A program made the translations under genes and the position numbers. A model generated the notes under the pieces. The model did not search any database. It was not told the origin of the DNA and was given only the letters and a program-made list of their open reading frames with translations. DNA of 64,000 nucleotides from Spirochaetia bacterium. Its GTDB lineage: Bacteria > Spirochaetota > Spirochaetia > CAKZLE01. Every line of letters begins with the position of its first letter. The first letter of the stretch is position 1. Below are positions 1-10,171 of the stretch, one piece after another. Where the stretch lies: NCBI GenBank assembly GCA_021736385.1, contig JAIPFY010000008.1, positions 188-64,187 of the forward strand, read 5' to 3'.

Positions 1-879
1 TATCACATGTCCTGCCATCTGTTCGAAGACCTTCACGACCGCAGAGGCATTCTCTTCCCCATAGCCGAGATTCTCTCCGACCTTGTTCAACTCATGCACC
101 ATGTTAGAGAGCATGACCGGGACACCGATCGACTCCGAGTAGTTCCTGATCAGCTCGGTATCTTTGACCATGGTCCTCAGGTGGAAGGAGACGGCGAAGT
201 CCCGGTCGATCATGGAATGACCGACACCGTCGACGACCGGGGATCTGAAGTCTGACTCCATCCAGAGACTCACCAGTTCGTTCAGGTCGATCCCCGCCTT
301 CGAGGCCAGGACCATGGACTCACCCAGTGCCGCTACGATCGTCGAGACCAGATGGTTACCGCAGAGCTTGGCTGCGAACCCCTTCCCCTGCTCTCCCATG
401 TAGTGATGGGTCTCACCGATACAGTCGAAGAGCTCAGAGGCCTGCTCATAGACCGCCTTATCACCTCCGGCCATGATCCAGAGTCCGCCGCTGAAAGCCT
501 CTCCTTTCGACCCATGGACCGGTGCATCGAGGAAGTGTGCTCCCTTGAGGGCGAACTGACCTGCTTCCCACAGGGCTGTCTCCGGCAGCTGGGTACTCAT
601 ATCGATGAAGATCTGTCCCTTCTGCGCTGCAGCAAAGAGCCCGTCATCTCCGGTAAGCACTGAATCGAGGGCCTTCTTGTCCCACATCATCATGATCACC
701 GCCTGTGCATCCTCTACCGCTGCCGCCGGGGTCCCGGCGTATGCGGCTCCTGCATCCTTGAGCTCCTGTGCATGGGCTTCTGTCCTGTTCCAGCAGGTCA
801 CCTGGTAGCCTGCCTGCAGCAGGGTCTTACCCATCCCCGTTCCCATGATCCCCGTTCCTATGACTGCTATATGTCTCAT
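1..879 (-). CDS. NAD(P)-dependent beta-hydroxyacid dehydrogenase (HIBADH/GarR-like), 3' end runs off the window
   Basis: Not in the ORF track (no in-window stop). Manual translation from ATG 879 gives MRHIAVIGTGIMGTGMGKTLLQAGYQVTCWNRT...IFIDMST...FLDAPVHG, with the Rossmann GxGxMG and DAPV motifs. ATGA overlap with the stop of the upstream kinase. Confidence 0.88.
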   Translation of the reverse strand, partial: MRHIAVIGTGIMGTGMGKTLLQAGYQVTCWNRTEAHAQELKDAGAAYAGTPAAAVEDAQAVIMMMWDKKALDSVLTGDDGLFAAAQKGQIFIDMSTQLPETALWEAGQFALKGAHFLDAPVHGSKGEAFSGGLWIMAGGDKAVYEQASELFDCIGETHHYMGEQGKGFAAKLCGNHLVSTIVAALGESMVLASKAGIDLNELVSLWMESDFRSPVVDGVGHSMIDRDFAVSFHLRTMVKDTELIRNYSESIGVPVMLSNMVHELNKVGENLGYGEENASAVVKVFEQMAGHVI

Positions 880-2432
880 TCTGTGTTCCCTTTCTGTAGT
901 TCTCTCGTGAGCACCCTGGAATCTTCCCTGCTGTGCTCGTAGGTCTGTATGTACTGCTGTACATACAGCTTATACTGCTCGTGGCGTTCCATATCGGGAA
1001 CGACCACATCCCTGATGTGCACCATGTGATCTGCTGCGATCAGCATATCGGGATAGATGCCTGCCCCGACACTTCCTGCGATCGCGCTGCCGAGTGAGAC
1101 GGCCTGCTGTTCCTGCGGTATGGTGATCCGTTTACCGGTCACATCCGCATGGATCTGCATCCACAGCGGACTCTGCACCGCACCACCGCAGGCGATGATC
1201 TCATCGATGAACACACCCCCTTCTGCCATCTTCTGCAGGATGACCTGGGTCCCGTAGGCCACTCCCTCCATGATGGCCCGGAACAGATGAGCGGCGGTAT
1301 GCTTGAGGGTCAGCCCCCTGATCACGCCTCTGCTGTTCGCATCCACCCAGGGGGTCCTGTTGCCCTGCCAGTGCTCGAGGACTACCAGGCCCTCGGATCC
1401 CTGAGGGATCTGTGCTGCCTTCTCATCAAGCAGCTGATAGATCGATATACCGCGTTCGGAGGCCTCTGTGAAGTACTGATGACTGACGAAGTTCTCCACG
1501 AACCATTTGATGATCGATCCGGTGGAGATCTGTCCTGCCTCCACGACTTCCATACCCGGGATGATCGCACTCGGGAAGGTCCCGAAGATCCCCTTGGCAT
1601 GCAGTTCCTGATCGGTCATACCGATGTGCAGATGGGAGGACCCGGTGATCAGGGCAAGCTTGCCCGGTCTCATGGCATTGACTCCCACCACGCCCATGTA
1701 GGCATCCGCACCGCCTCCGGCTACCGGGATACCTGCTCTCATGCCGGTGAGCTGTGCCACCTGTGCACTGAGGCCCCCGACCACTTCGCCCAGATTCACG
1801 ATCCGTTTCGGGAGTTTCTCGAAGATGTCCTCCAGACCGATCTTCGTATAGAGTGAGCGGGGGTACCCGCCGTCCTTGCAGTTGTAGAACCATCTGATCG
1901 TCACGGTATTGATGTTCGCCGTGATCTCTCCGGTAAGCCAGTAAGCCATCCAATCGGTGTGTTCGAAGATAGTATGTGCCTGATCATAGATCGCTCGCTG
2001 ATGACGTTTGACCCAGAGGTTCTTGCAGGGGAACCACTCTGCCGAAACATTGCCGTAACCCACATAGGCAAGAGCGGGGTCACCGCTTGCAGCGATCTCC
2101 TCGGCTTCCTGCACCGCTCTGATGTCCATCCACATGATCGCATCCCTCAAAGGCTTGCCCTGCTCATCCAGATGCACCACCGTACAGCTTGTCCCGTCCA
2201 GTCCTATCCCTTCGATCTGTTCCGGCCGTACCGGAGAACCTTCGAAGGCGTTGAGGATCGACTCGAGCATGGAGCGGTCCCACTGCGAGACGCTCTGCTC
2301 TCCCCAGCCGGGGTTCCGATGTATGTTCGTGTTCTCACTGACCCCGAAACTGATGCAGGTACCCAGTTCATCATAGATCCCTGTCCTGATACTTTCTGTC
2401 CCTGCATCGATGCCTAAGATATACCGTGACAT
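876..2432 (-). CDS. FGGY-family carbohydrate kinase (ribulokinase/pentulose kinase-like)
   Basis: Start reset to MSRYILGIDAGTES (AGGAGG upstream). Motifs GIDxGT, WMDIRA, GGGADA, HWQGNRTP, ACGG. Confidence 0.9.
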   Translation of the reverse strand: MSRYILGIDAGTESIRTGIYDELGTCISFGVSENTNIHRNPGWGEQSVSQWDRSMLESILNAFEGSPVRPEQIEGIGLDGTSCTVVHLDEQGKPLRDAIMWMDIRAVQEAEEIAASGDPALAYVGYGNVSAEWFPCKNLWVKRHQRAIYDQAHTIFEHTDWMAYWLTGEITANINTVTIRWFYNCKDGGYPRSLYTKIGLEDIFEKLPKRIVNLGEVVGGLSAQVAQLTGMRAGIPVAGGGADAYMGVVGVNAMRPGKLALITGSSHLHIGMTDQELHAKGIFGTFPSAIIPGMEVVEAGQISTGSIIKWFVENFVSHQYFTEASERGISIYQLLDEKAAQIPQGSEGLVVLEHWQGNRTPWVDANSRGVIRGLTLKHTAAHLFRAIMEGVAYGTQVILQKMAEGGVFIDEIIACGGAVQSPLWMQIHADVTGKRITIPQEQQAVSLGSAIAGSVGAGIYPDMLIAADHMVHIRDVVVPDMERHEQYKLYVQQYIQTYEHSREDSRVLTRELQKGNTE

Positions 2433-2433
2433 G

Positions 2434-3096
2434 TCATCCTCCTGTGTGCTGCATGCACTGCAGCATTCGCTGTACATTCTCTTCGATGGATCCGGAGAAT
2501 ATGGCACTGCCTGCGATGGCAATGTCCGCTCCGGCTGAGATCACATCTGTGATCGTTCGTTCATTGACGCCGCCGTCGACTGATATGCGGAACGTGAAGC
2601 CCCTCTGCGTTCTCAGCTTCACCAGCTGCTCGACCTTCTTGAGCACCGAATGCTGGAACGGCTGTCCCCCGATCCCGGGGTTCACGGCCAGCACATTCAC
2701 GGCATCTACCCCTGATAACAGATGCTCGATCTCCTCTACCGGGGTCTCCGGGACGATGCAGATACCGGCGAGCATCGTCGATGCATGGATCGTATCGATC
2801 AGTCTGAGATGATCTGAGCAGGATTCATACTGCACGGTGATCATATCGGGGCCGGCTGCGATGAACGTCTCAAGGATCGATGCCATATGATAGACGGCAA
2901 GATGCACATCGAAGAAGGCTGATGAGAGGCTCGTGATCCGCTCTACGAGCTGATCACCGAAGATGATCGGTCTTGCATAGTGTCCGTCACACACATCGAC
3001 ATGGAATCGTTCGATCCCGCATGCCTGTGCAGCTGCGATATCACGGGCGATGTGCGCATGATCTGCGGCAAGCAATGATGCACAAAGTTCAATCAC
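2434..3096 (-). CDS. rpe: ribulose-phosphate 3-epimerase family (Rpe/SgcE/AlsE-like)
   Basis: SLLAAD, HVDVCDGHY, DVHL, VNPGIGGQPF, VDGG motifs; GTG start with AAGGAG RBS. Confidence 0.88.
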   Translation of the reverse strand: MIELCASLLAADHAHIARDIAAAQACGIERFHVDVCDGHYARPIIFGDQLVERITSLSSAFFDVHLAVYHMASILETFIAAGPDMITVQYESCSDHLRLIDTIHASTMLAGICIVPETPVEEIEHLLSGVDAVNVLAVNPGIGGQPFQHSVLKKVEQLVKLRTQRGFTFRISVDGGVNERTITDVISAGADIAIAGSAIFSGSIEENVQRMLQCMQHTGG

Positions 3097-3178
3097 TGCA
3101 CGTCTCCTTGCTGTTTTATTCAGTATAGCATGAAATTTACATATGTAAACCAGTTAATTATTTTCTTTACAATTTTTA

Positions 3179-3207
3179 TAGACAACTCAGAGCAGCTGAT
3201 CTATACT
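3179..3207 (+). promoter_or_regulatory. sigma70-type promoter, probably leaderless transcript
   Basis: TAGACA (3179-3184), 17 bp, TATACT (3202-3207); ATG follows 6 nt later. Confidence 0.55.
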
Positions 3208-3213
3208 TGAGGG

Positions 3214-3756
3214 ATGAAAGATATACGGATACAACAGGCTTATGACAACGGCTTCTCCTATGAGAAGACCTATAGAGGATGTGCCCAGTGCACGGTGGGT
3301 GCCATACAGGATGCCCTGTCGATCATCAATGATGATGTGTTCAGAGCATCGAGTTCCCTTGCCTCAGGAGGCGGGCTGCTCTGTGACGGTTCCTGCGGAG
3401 GGTTCTCAGGTGGTTCGATGATGATCAGTCTGATCCTCGGAAGAAGACGTGAGTTCTTCGATGATGACAGCGACTACAAGTATACGGCGTTCCGGCTCAC
3501 CCGGGATCTGCAGGCGAAGTTCATGGAGAAGTACGGTTCAGTCATCTGCAAGGACATCCACCGGGAGATCTTCGGCAGGACCTATGATCTGCTCGACCCC
3601 GAGGACAAACAGCAGTTCGATGACGACGGAGCCCACCGGGACAAGTGCACCAGCGTCGTCGCTGATGCAGCGGCCTGGACGGTCGAGATCCTGCTGCAGG
3701 AGGCTGAGACCCGAGGCACTACCCTCGAAGCCCTGTATGAGAGCAGAACAGGCTGA
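3214..3756 (+). CDS. C-GCAxxG-C-C family putative redox-active protein
   Basis: GCAQC, GSCGGFSG, SVICKDI, DKC cysteine pattern typical of this family. Confidence 0.8.
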   Translation: MKDIRIQQAYDNGFSYEKTYRGCAQCTVGAIQDALSIINDDVFRASSSLASGGGLLCDGSCGGFSGGSMMISLILGRRREFFDDDSDYKYTAFRLTRDLQAKFMEKYGSVICKDIHREIFGRTYDLLDPEDKQQFDDDGAHRDKCTSVVADAAAWTVEILLQEAETRGTTLEALYESRTG

Positions 3757-3810
3757 AGACCCATTCTGTTCAGATCATCTGCAGAAGGACTGGACAAAGA
3801 GCAGGATCTC

Positions 3811-3857
3811 CAGTAATGTTAGTTCAAACATAATTTTTGTTAGTACTAACATTACTG
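3811..3857. promoter_or_regulatory. candidate DeoR/GlpR operator pair
   Basis: Perfect palindrome TGTTAGTACTAACA (3838-3851) and imperfect copy TGTTAGTTCAAACA (3817-3830), 21 bp apart; outer 13-bp inverted repeat CAGTAATGTTAGT/ACTAACATTACTG. Confidence 0.65.
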
Positions 3858-3867
3858 AGAGGATACG

Positions 3868-4653
3868 ATGAGCAGTTCGATGAAACGCAAACAGATCATA
3901 CAGCAGCATCTTGAGAACGATCAGACCGTTCAGGTGAACGAACTGGCACAGGAACTTTCGGTATCGGAGATGACCATCAGAAGGGATCTTTCGGAACTGG
4001 AACGGATCGGTGTACTCAAGCGCACCCACGGGGGAGCGATCAAAGAGGTGAGCCGAAGCTATGAGCCGCCCTTCAGCCTCAGAAGGTCACGACATCTGGA
4101 ACAGAAGCAGCTCATTGCCAGAGAGGCGGTACGTTTCGTCACAGAAGGTGATACAGTCGTCATCGACTCGGGGACCAGCTCCATAGAACTGGCAAAGGAA
4201 CTCCTCTCGTTCACCCATCTCACCGTCATCACTCCCAGCATCCACACCGCCATGCTCTTCACCGACCACCCCACTATCGAGGTCCTGGTATCAGGGGGCA
4301 TGCTGCGTACCGGTGAGGGCTCCCTCGTGGGTGACTTCACCCGCCACTTCTTCGAACAGCTCTACTTCGATACCTTCTTCCTCTCAGCAGCGGCCATCAG
4401 CTCAGAATCGGGACTGACGGAGTACATCCAGGAAGATGCGGCGATCAAACGGATGATCGCCTCCCATGCCAAGAAGACCATAGCCCTCATCACATCGGAC
4501 AAGTTCGAGAAGACAGCATTCGCCCGGATCTGTCCGCTTCAGGATATCGATGTGGTCATATCTGATAGAGAACCCGCAGCGCAGCTCAGTGCCGCCCTGC
4601 ACAGCAACCATGTAGAAATGAGCATACCATCACAGCAAGGAGAGAATCTATGA
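3868..4653 (+). CDS. DeoR/GlpR family transcriptional regulator
   Basis: VSEMTIRRDL HTH, RTHGGA, IDSGTS sugar-phosphate domain. Confidence 0.95.
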   Translation: MSSSMKRKQIIQQHLENDQTVQVNELAQELSVSEMTIRRDLSELERIGVLKRTHGGAIKEVSRSYEPPFSLRRSRHLEQKQLIAREAVRFVTEGDTVVIDSGTSSIELAKELLSFTHLTVITPSIHTAMLFTDHPTIEVLVSGGMLRTGEGSLVGDFTRHFFEQLYFDTFFLSAAAISSESGLTEYIQEDAAIKRMIASHAKKTIALITSDKFEKTAFARICPLQDIDVVISDREPAAQLSAALHSNHVEMSIPSQQGENL

Positions 4654-5456
4654 ACTGGTTAACAGACATCTTTTCAGTACAGAAACCGGTGATCGCCATG
4701 TGTCACCTGCAGCCCCTGCCCGGAGACCCGGACTATGACAAAGAGAAGGGGATGGACTATGTCATCAGCGCCGCTCGAGATGACCTGAGAGCACTTCAGG
4801 AAGGAGGCGTGGACGGGGTGATGTTCTCCAACGAGTTCAGCCTCCCCTATCTCACCACAGTGGAACCGGTGACCTATACCGCCATGGCGCGGATCATCGG
4901 GGAACTCAAGAGTGAGATCACCATCCCCTACGGGGTCAATGTGCTCTGGGATCCCACCGCATCGATCGACCTCGCCGTAGCGACCGATGCCCTGTTCGTC
5001 AGAGAGATCTTCACCGGGGTCTATGCCAGTGACTTCGGTCTCTGGAACACCAACTGCGGAGAGGTGATCAGACACCGGAACCGGATCGGAGGCTCCTCGG
5101 TCAGACTGCTGTTCAACATCGTCCCGGAAGCAGCTTCCTATCTCGCACCCCGCAGCATCGCCGATATCGCACGCTCGACCATCTTCAACAACCGTCCTGA
5201 TGCCCTGTGCGTCTCAGGCCTCACTGCCGGATCTGAGACCGACTCATCGACCCTGCAGATCGTAAAAGATGCTGCAGGGGATACCCCGGTCTTCGCCAAT
5301 ACCGGCGTACGACTCTCGAATGTCAGAGAGCAGCTCGCCATCGCCGACGGTACGGTGACCGCTACCACCTTCAAACGTGACGGGGTCTTCGCCAACGAGG
5401 TGGACGTACGAAGAGTGACCGAGTTCATGGACGTGGTCAGGAGCATGAGAGCCTAG
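4650..5456 (+). CDS. sgcQ: BtpA/SgcQ family protein
   Basis: 268 aa; IAMCHLQPLPGDP, MFSNEFSLPYLT, GVNVLWDP, REIFTG.YASDFG, LFNIVPEAA, CVSGLTAG, ANTGV closely match E. coli SgcQ as I recall it. Confidence 0.9.
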   Translation: MNWLTDIFSVQKPVIAMCHLQPLPGDPDYDKEKGMDYVISAARDDLRALQEGGVDGVMFSNEFSLPYLTTVEPVTYTAMARIIGELKSEITIPYGVNVLWDPTASIDLAVATDALFVREIFTGVYASDFGLWNTNCGEVIRHRNRIGGSSVRLLFNIVPEAASYLAPRSIADIARSTIFNNRPDALCVSGLTAGSETDSSTLQIVKDAAGDTPVFANTGVRLSNVREQLAIADGTVTATTFKRDGVFANEVDVRRVTEFMDVVRSMRA

Positions 5457-5466
5457 GAGGCATAGC

Positions 5467-6534
5467 ATGGATACTCGTTGGGAGAGACTGGCAGGGATAC
5501 TGGTGAACTATTCGGCCCGAGTGCAGCCGGGGGAGCGGGTCATGATCGCCATGATCGAACCTGAGACCTTCGATCTGGCACAGGCAGTCTACACAGAGGT
5601 GATCAGAGCCGGCGGGTATCCGCAGGTCCAGCTGCTCTCCGAGCGGCTTCGCAGGGCGGTCCTCACCTGCGGGAACCCCGATCAGATCGCCTGGGTCCCA
5701 GAACTCGAGGCCTGGGGCATGGAGTGGGCAGATGTCTATTTCGGACTCAGAGGAGCCCATAACCTCCATGAGCTCGATGATGTACCCCCTGAGGTACTCG
5801 CTGTCAATCAGGCAGCGATGGGAAGCGTATCCTCGCTGCGCTGGGCCAAGACCAGATGGACGCTCGTACGGGTTCCCAACGAAGCGTTCGCACAGCAGTC
5901 ACATGCGAGCATGGAGATCATAGAACGCATGTTCTTCTCCTCCTGTTTCCTCGACTGGGAACAGGAGAACCGCCAGTGGATGGGATGGGCTCAGAGATTG
6001 GGGAAGGGAACGACCATACGGATCGAATCAGAGGATACGGATCTGGAGTTCTCGGTCGCTGGACGCAGCTGGGTACCCTTTGCCGGAAAGAACAACATGC
6101 CTGACGGGGAGATCGCAACAGCTCCTGTGACCGATACGGTCCACGGAAGGATCCGATTCCCTCACCCCGGAGTCCTCGGAGGCCGGTTGATCCACGGGAT
6201 CAGCCTGAGATGGGACCATGGGGTGCTCATAGAGGCCTCCAGTGATACCGAACAGGAGTTCTTCCAGTCGATCATCACCCGGGATGAGGGCTCCTCACGC
6301 ATCGGTGAGTTCGCCTTCGGTACCAACAGAGGACTCACACGGTTCTGCAACGACATCCTGCTGGATGAGAAGATCTACGGGACCATCCATATCGCACTGG
6401 GACGGGCCTACCCCGAATGCGGCGGGAAGAACATCTCAGCGATCCATTGGGATATCGTGAAGGATCTGCGTGAGGGCGGCAGGGTTCTGCTGGACGGCGA
6501 GCCGATCCTTGAGAACGGGGAGATCCTCTTATGA
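5467..6534 (+). CDS. peptidase M29 family aminopeptidase (AmpS/aminopeptidase T-like)
   Basis: NMPDGEI, IGEFAFG, LLDEK, HIALGRAY, SAIHWD metal-ligand motifs. Confidence 0.9.
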   Translation: MDTRWERLAGILVNYSARVQPGERVMIAMIEPETFDLAQAVYTEVIRAGGYPQVQLLSERLRRAVLTCGNPDQIAWVPELEAWGMEWADVYFGLRGAHNLHELDDVPPEVLAVNQAAMGSVSSLRWAKTRWTLVRVPNEAFAQQSHASMEIIERMFFSSCFLDWEQENRQWMGWAQRLGKGTTIRIESEDTDLEFSVAGRSWVPFAGKNNMPDGEIATAPVTDTVHGRIRFPHPGVLGGRLIHGISLRWDHGVLIEASSDTEQEFFQSIITRDEGSSRIGEFAFGTNRGLTRFCNDILLDEKIYGTIHIALGRAYPECGGKNISAIHWDIVKDLREGGRVLLDGEPILENGEILL

Positions 6535-8006
6535 ACGACCGACCCTGCTTCATGGGTATCGATATCGGTACCGGCTCAGCAAAGGGCGTGATCACCGACA
6601 GCACGGGGACGGTGCTTGCCAGCTCGAGTCTGCCGCACAATGTGGACTCACCCCACCCCGGCTGGTATGAACAGGATGCCGATGGGGTATGGTGGCATGC
6701 GGTGAAGGTGCTCTCGGGGAGGCTCATACAGGATCTGCCATCAGGCTATGCGATCAGGGCCCTCTGCTGCAGCGCGATCGCTCCCTGCGTCCTGCCGGTG
6801 GACAGACAGGGGACCCCTCTGCGGCCGGGGATCCTCTACGGGATCGACACCCGTGCACACAAAGAGATCGAAGAACTCACCGAAGGGATCGGTGCACAGC
6901 AGATCTTCGATATGACCGGACAGCAGCTCTCCTCCCAGTCCTGCTGTCCGAAGATCCTCTGGATCGCACGCAACGAACCGCAGGTCTATGAGAAGACCCA
7001 TAAGATGCTCACAGCCACCGGCTATGTCAACTTCAGACTCACCGGCAGGTATACCGTCGATATCTACGACGGGATCGGCTATGCTCCGCTGTTCAACATC
7101 CATACCAGGAAGTGGGACCCAACCTACGAGCAGCAGGTATGCCCGGTAGACCTGCTTCCTGAACTGCTGTGGAGCTCTTCTGTCTGCGGGTATGTCCACG
7201 CACAGGCTGCAGAGGAGACCGGACTGCCCCAGGGCATCCCGGTGATGGGCGGTACCGCTGATGCGGCAGCAGAATCACTGGCAGCGGGGGTCACCGAGGT
7301 CGGAGACATGATGATGATGTACGGCAGCAGCAATTTCTTCATCATGAGGACCCATCAGCTCCGCCCGGCAGCCTCCTTCTGGGCTGCACACTTCATGCAG
7401 GAACCGCAGACGGTGCTGACCGGAGGGATGGCCACCGTTGGCAGTCTCTTCAAATGGTTTTCTGAGACCTTTCCCGGCAGGAGCTTCGCCGAATGGGAAG
7501 AGCTCGCCCGCTCATCGCAGCCGGGAGCCAACGGGATCACCATTCTCCCCTACTTCGCCGGTGAGCGCACCCCCCTGTTCGATCCCGATGCGAAGGGGGT
7601 GATCTTCGGTCTGAGCCTGCGTACGACTCCCGGTGACATCTACCAGGGGCTGCTCGAAGCGGTAGGGTTCGGTATACGGCATAATCTTGAGGTCCTGCAT
7701 CAGCAGGGAGAAGATGCGAAGCGGATCATCGCGATCGGCGGGGGATCTTCGAGTGCCTCCCTGATGCAGTGTGTCTCGAACATCACCGGCTGTGTGCAGC
7801 AGGTCCCGAAGCAGAAGCTGGGAGCCTGTTACGGTGACGCCTTCCTCGCGGCCGCAGGCAGCGGCTACGCTGAGAGGATGGGAGGAATCGAGCAGTGGGT
7901 CGATATTGCAGCAGAGTATGTGCCTGATCCGGCACTGAAGCAGCGGTATGATAAAACCTACAGCAGATTCCGTACACTCTATGAGTCTACAAAGGATCTG
8001 CTGTAG
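6531..8006 (+). CDS. FGGY-family carbohydrate kinase (xylulokinase-like)
   Basis: GIDIGT, YEQDA, GTADAAA, PYFAGERTP, AIGGG; ATGA overlap with the peptidase. Confidence 0.92.
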   Translation: MNDRPCFMGIDIGTGSAKGVITDSTGTVLASSSLPHNVDSPHPGWYEQDADGVWWHAVKVLSGRLIQDLPSGYAIRALCCSAIAPCVLPVDRQGTPLRPGILYGIDTRAHKEIEELTEGIGAQQIFDMTGQQLSSQSCCPKILWIARNEPQVYEKTHKMLTATGYVNFRLTGRYTVDIYDGIGYAPLFNIHTRKWDPTYEQQVCPVDLLPELLWSSSVCGYVHAQAAEETGLPQGIPVMGGTADAAAESLAAGVTEVGDMMMMYGSSNFFIMRTHQLRPAASFWAAHFMQEPQTVLTGGMATVGSLFKWFSETFPGRSFAEWEELARSSQPGANGITILPYFAGERTPLFDPDAKGVIFGLSLRTTPGDIYQGLLEAVGFGIRHNLEVLHQQGEDAKRIIAIGGGSSSASLMQCVSNITGCVQQVPKQKLGACYGDAFLAAAGSGYAERMGGIEQWVDIAAEYVPDPALKQRYDKTYSRFRTLYESTKDLL

Positions 8007-8017
8007 GAAAAGGAGGC

Positions 8018-8527
8018 TTATCGATCGATCTTGAAGAAGAGGTCGTACTCTGCCGGAAGGTCCAGCACCAGGAGATCCTCATCAGGGGTGGTCTCCTGGA
8101 AGATGACGAACGAGCGGGTCTGCTCGAGTTCGGTCAGCGGGGCATGATGCCATACCCCTTTTGCGAAGGTGATCGCCGAGCCCTTGGGAACGAGGAAGGC
8201 TTTCACACTGGACAGATCGGGTCTGTGTGCATCAGAGGCTTCACTGGTCCCGACGACCACATAGATATCATCGGTCGGGATGATCGTCTCCTCTGATCGG
8301 CTGTGCTGTTCCAGGGTATATTCGGTAAGTCCGTTGCGTCCGTAGGTCTGGACGATCGATACGGAGGTCTTCCCAGGATACTCCATGACTGCCAGCCGAT
8401 TCCAGAAGGAGAGTTCCTCCACTGCGGCATCTGCCGGACGGGAATCAGCACTGATATACTGCCCGTAGGGGGCGAAGGAGTCCTGATCGAGAGAGCTGCA
8501 CTTCAGGGTCGTTTCTTTCATGGTCAT
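8018..8527 (-). CDS. ureidoglycolate lyase (AllA)-like cupin
   Basis: FAPYG, LEQH..SEE, KAF, GVWHHAP cupin motifs. Confidence 0.72.
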   Translation of the reverse strand: MTMKETTLKCSSLDQDSFAPYGQYISADSRPADAAVEELSFWNRLAVMEYPGKTSVSIVQTYGRNGLTEYTLEQHSRSEETIIPTDDIYVVVGTSEASDAHRPDLSSVKAFLVPKGSAITFAKGVWHHAPLTELEQTRSFVIFQETTPDEDLLVLDLPAEYDLFFKIDR

Positions 8528-8530
8528 CTC

Positions 8531-9157
8531 CTATTGCGCCGCATAGGCCGCGAACACCTCCACGACCAGAGCACCGATGGTCGCACCGGGGTCCTGTGTG
8601 GTCCTTGATCTCTCCTGGTAATAGGCAGCTCTCCCGTGCTGGGCTACCATGTCCTTCGTCGCTTCGAGCCCTTCATAGGCAGCACTCCTGGCTGCGGCAA
8701 GCGCCTGTGCCAGACTCTCATGCTCCTGTTCGAGGGCAGCTGCGGCAGGATGGAGAGCATCTATGATGGTCTTCTCTCCCGGTTTGGACTTGCCGCGATC
8801 CATGATGCCCTCGGTGAAGGCGGTGAAGAAGGCTGCGATGGCAGGTCGGTCAAGGGATGTTGCTCCTTTGACGGCCTTGCCGCCTCTCATGAAACCCGTT
8901 GCCATGAGCGTACCCATGGTAGAGGGTGCTGCTTTTGCCATCACCATCCCGGTCTTCATCAGCAGGGTCCCCAGATCGTCCTCCTCACTGGTGGATACGA
9001 ACTGATCCGCGGCACTGAAGACGGCCAGCATCGTCAGTCCCAGATCCCCGTCTCCCATCACAGAGTCCAGTTCGATCAGATGATCGCGCTGTGCAGCTGC
9101 CATCTCATGCAGATGTGAGAAGATCGTGATCAGATCCTGTTTCTCGAATGTTTCCAT
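8531..9157 (-). CDS. dhaL: dihydroxyacetone kinase L subunit (DAK2 domain)
   Basis: LDSVMGDGDLG, GEKTIIDAL, GRAAY, DPGA motifs. Confidence 0.9.
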   Translation of the reverse strand: METFEKQDLITIFSHLHEMAAAQRDHLIELDSVMGDGDLGLTMLAVFSAADQFVSTSEEDDLGTLLMKTGMVMAKAAPSTMGTLMATGFMRGGKAVKGATSLDRPAIAAFFTAFTEGIMDRGKSKPGEKTIIDALHPAAAALEQEHESLAQALAAARSAAYEGLEATKDMVAQHGRAAYYQERSRTTQDPGATIGALVVEVFAAYAAQ

Positions 9158-9166
9158 AGCGGTCTC

Positions 9167-10167
<1,001 letters not shown>

Positions 10168-10171
<4 letters not shown>

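Noticed and set aside
876-2522. N-terminal extensions in the ORF track (also ORFs starting at 13872, 28056, 34980, 36376, 45648, 49487, 55049)
   Set aside because: They overlap neighbouring genes or promoters; downstream starts have better RBS or promoter support and match family N-termini.
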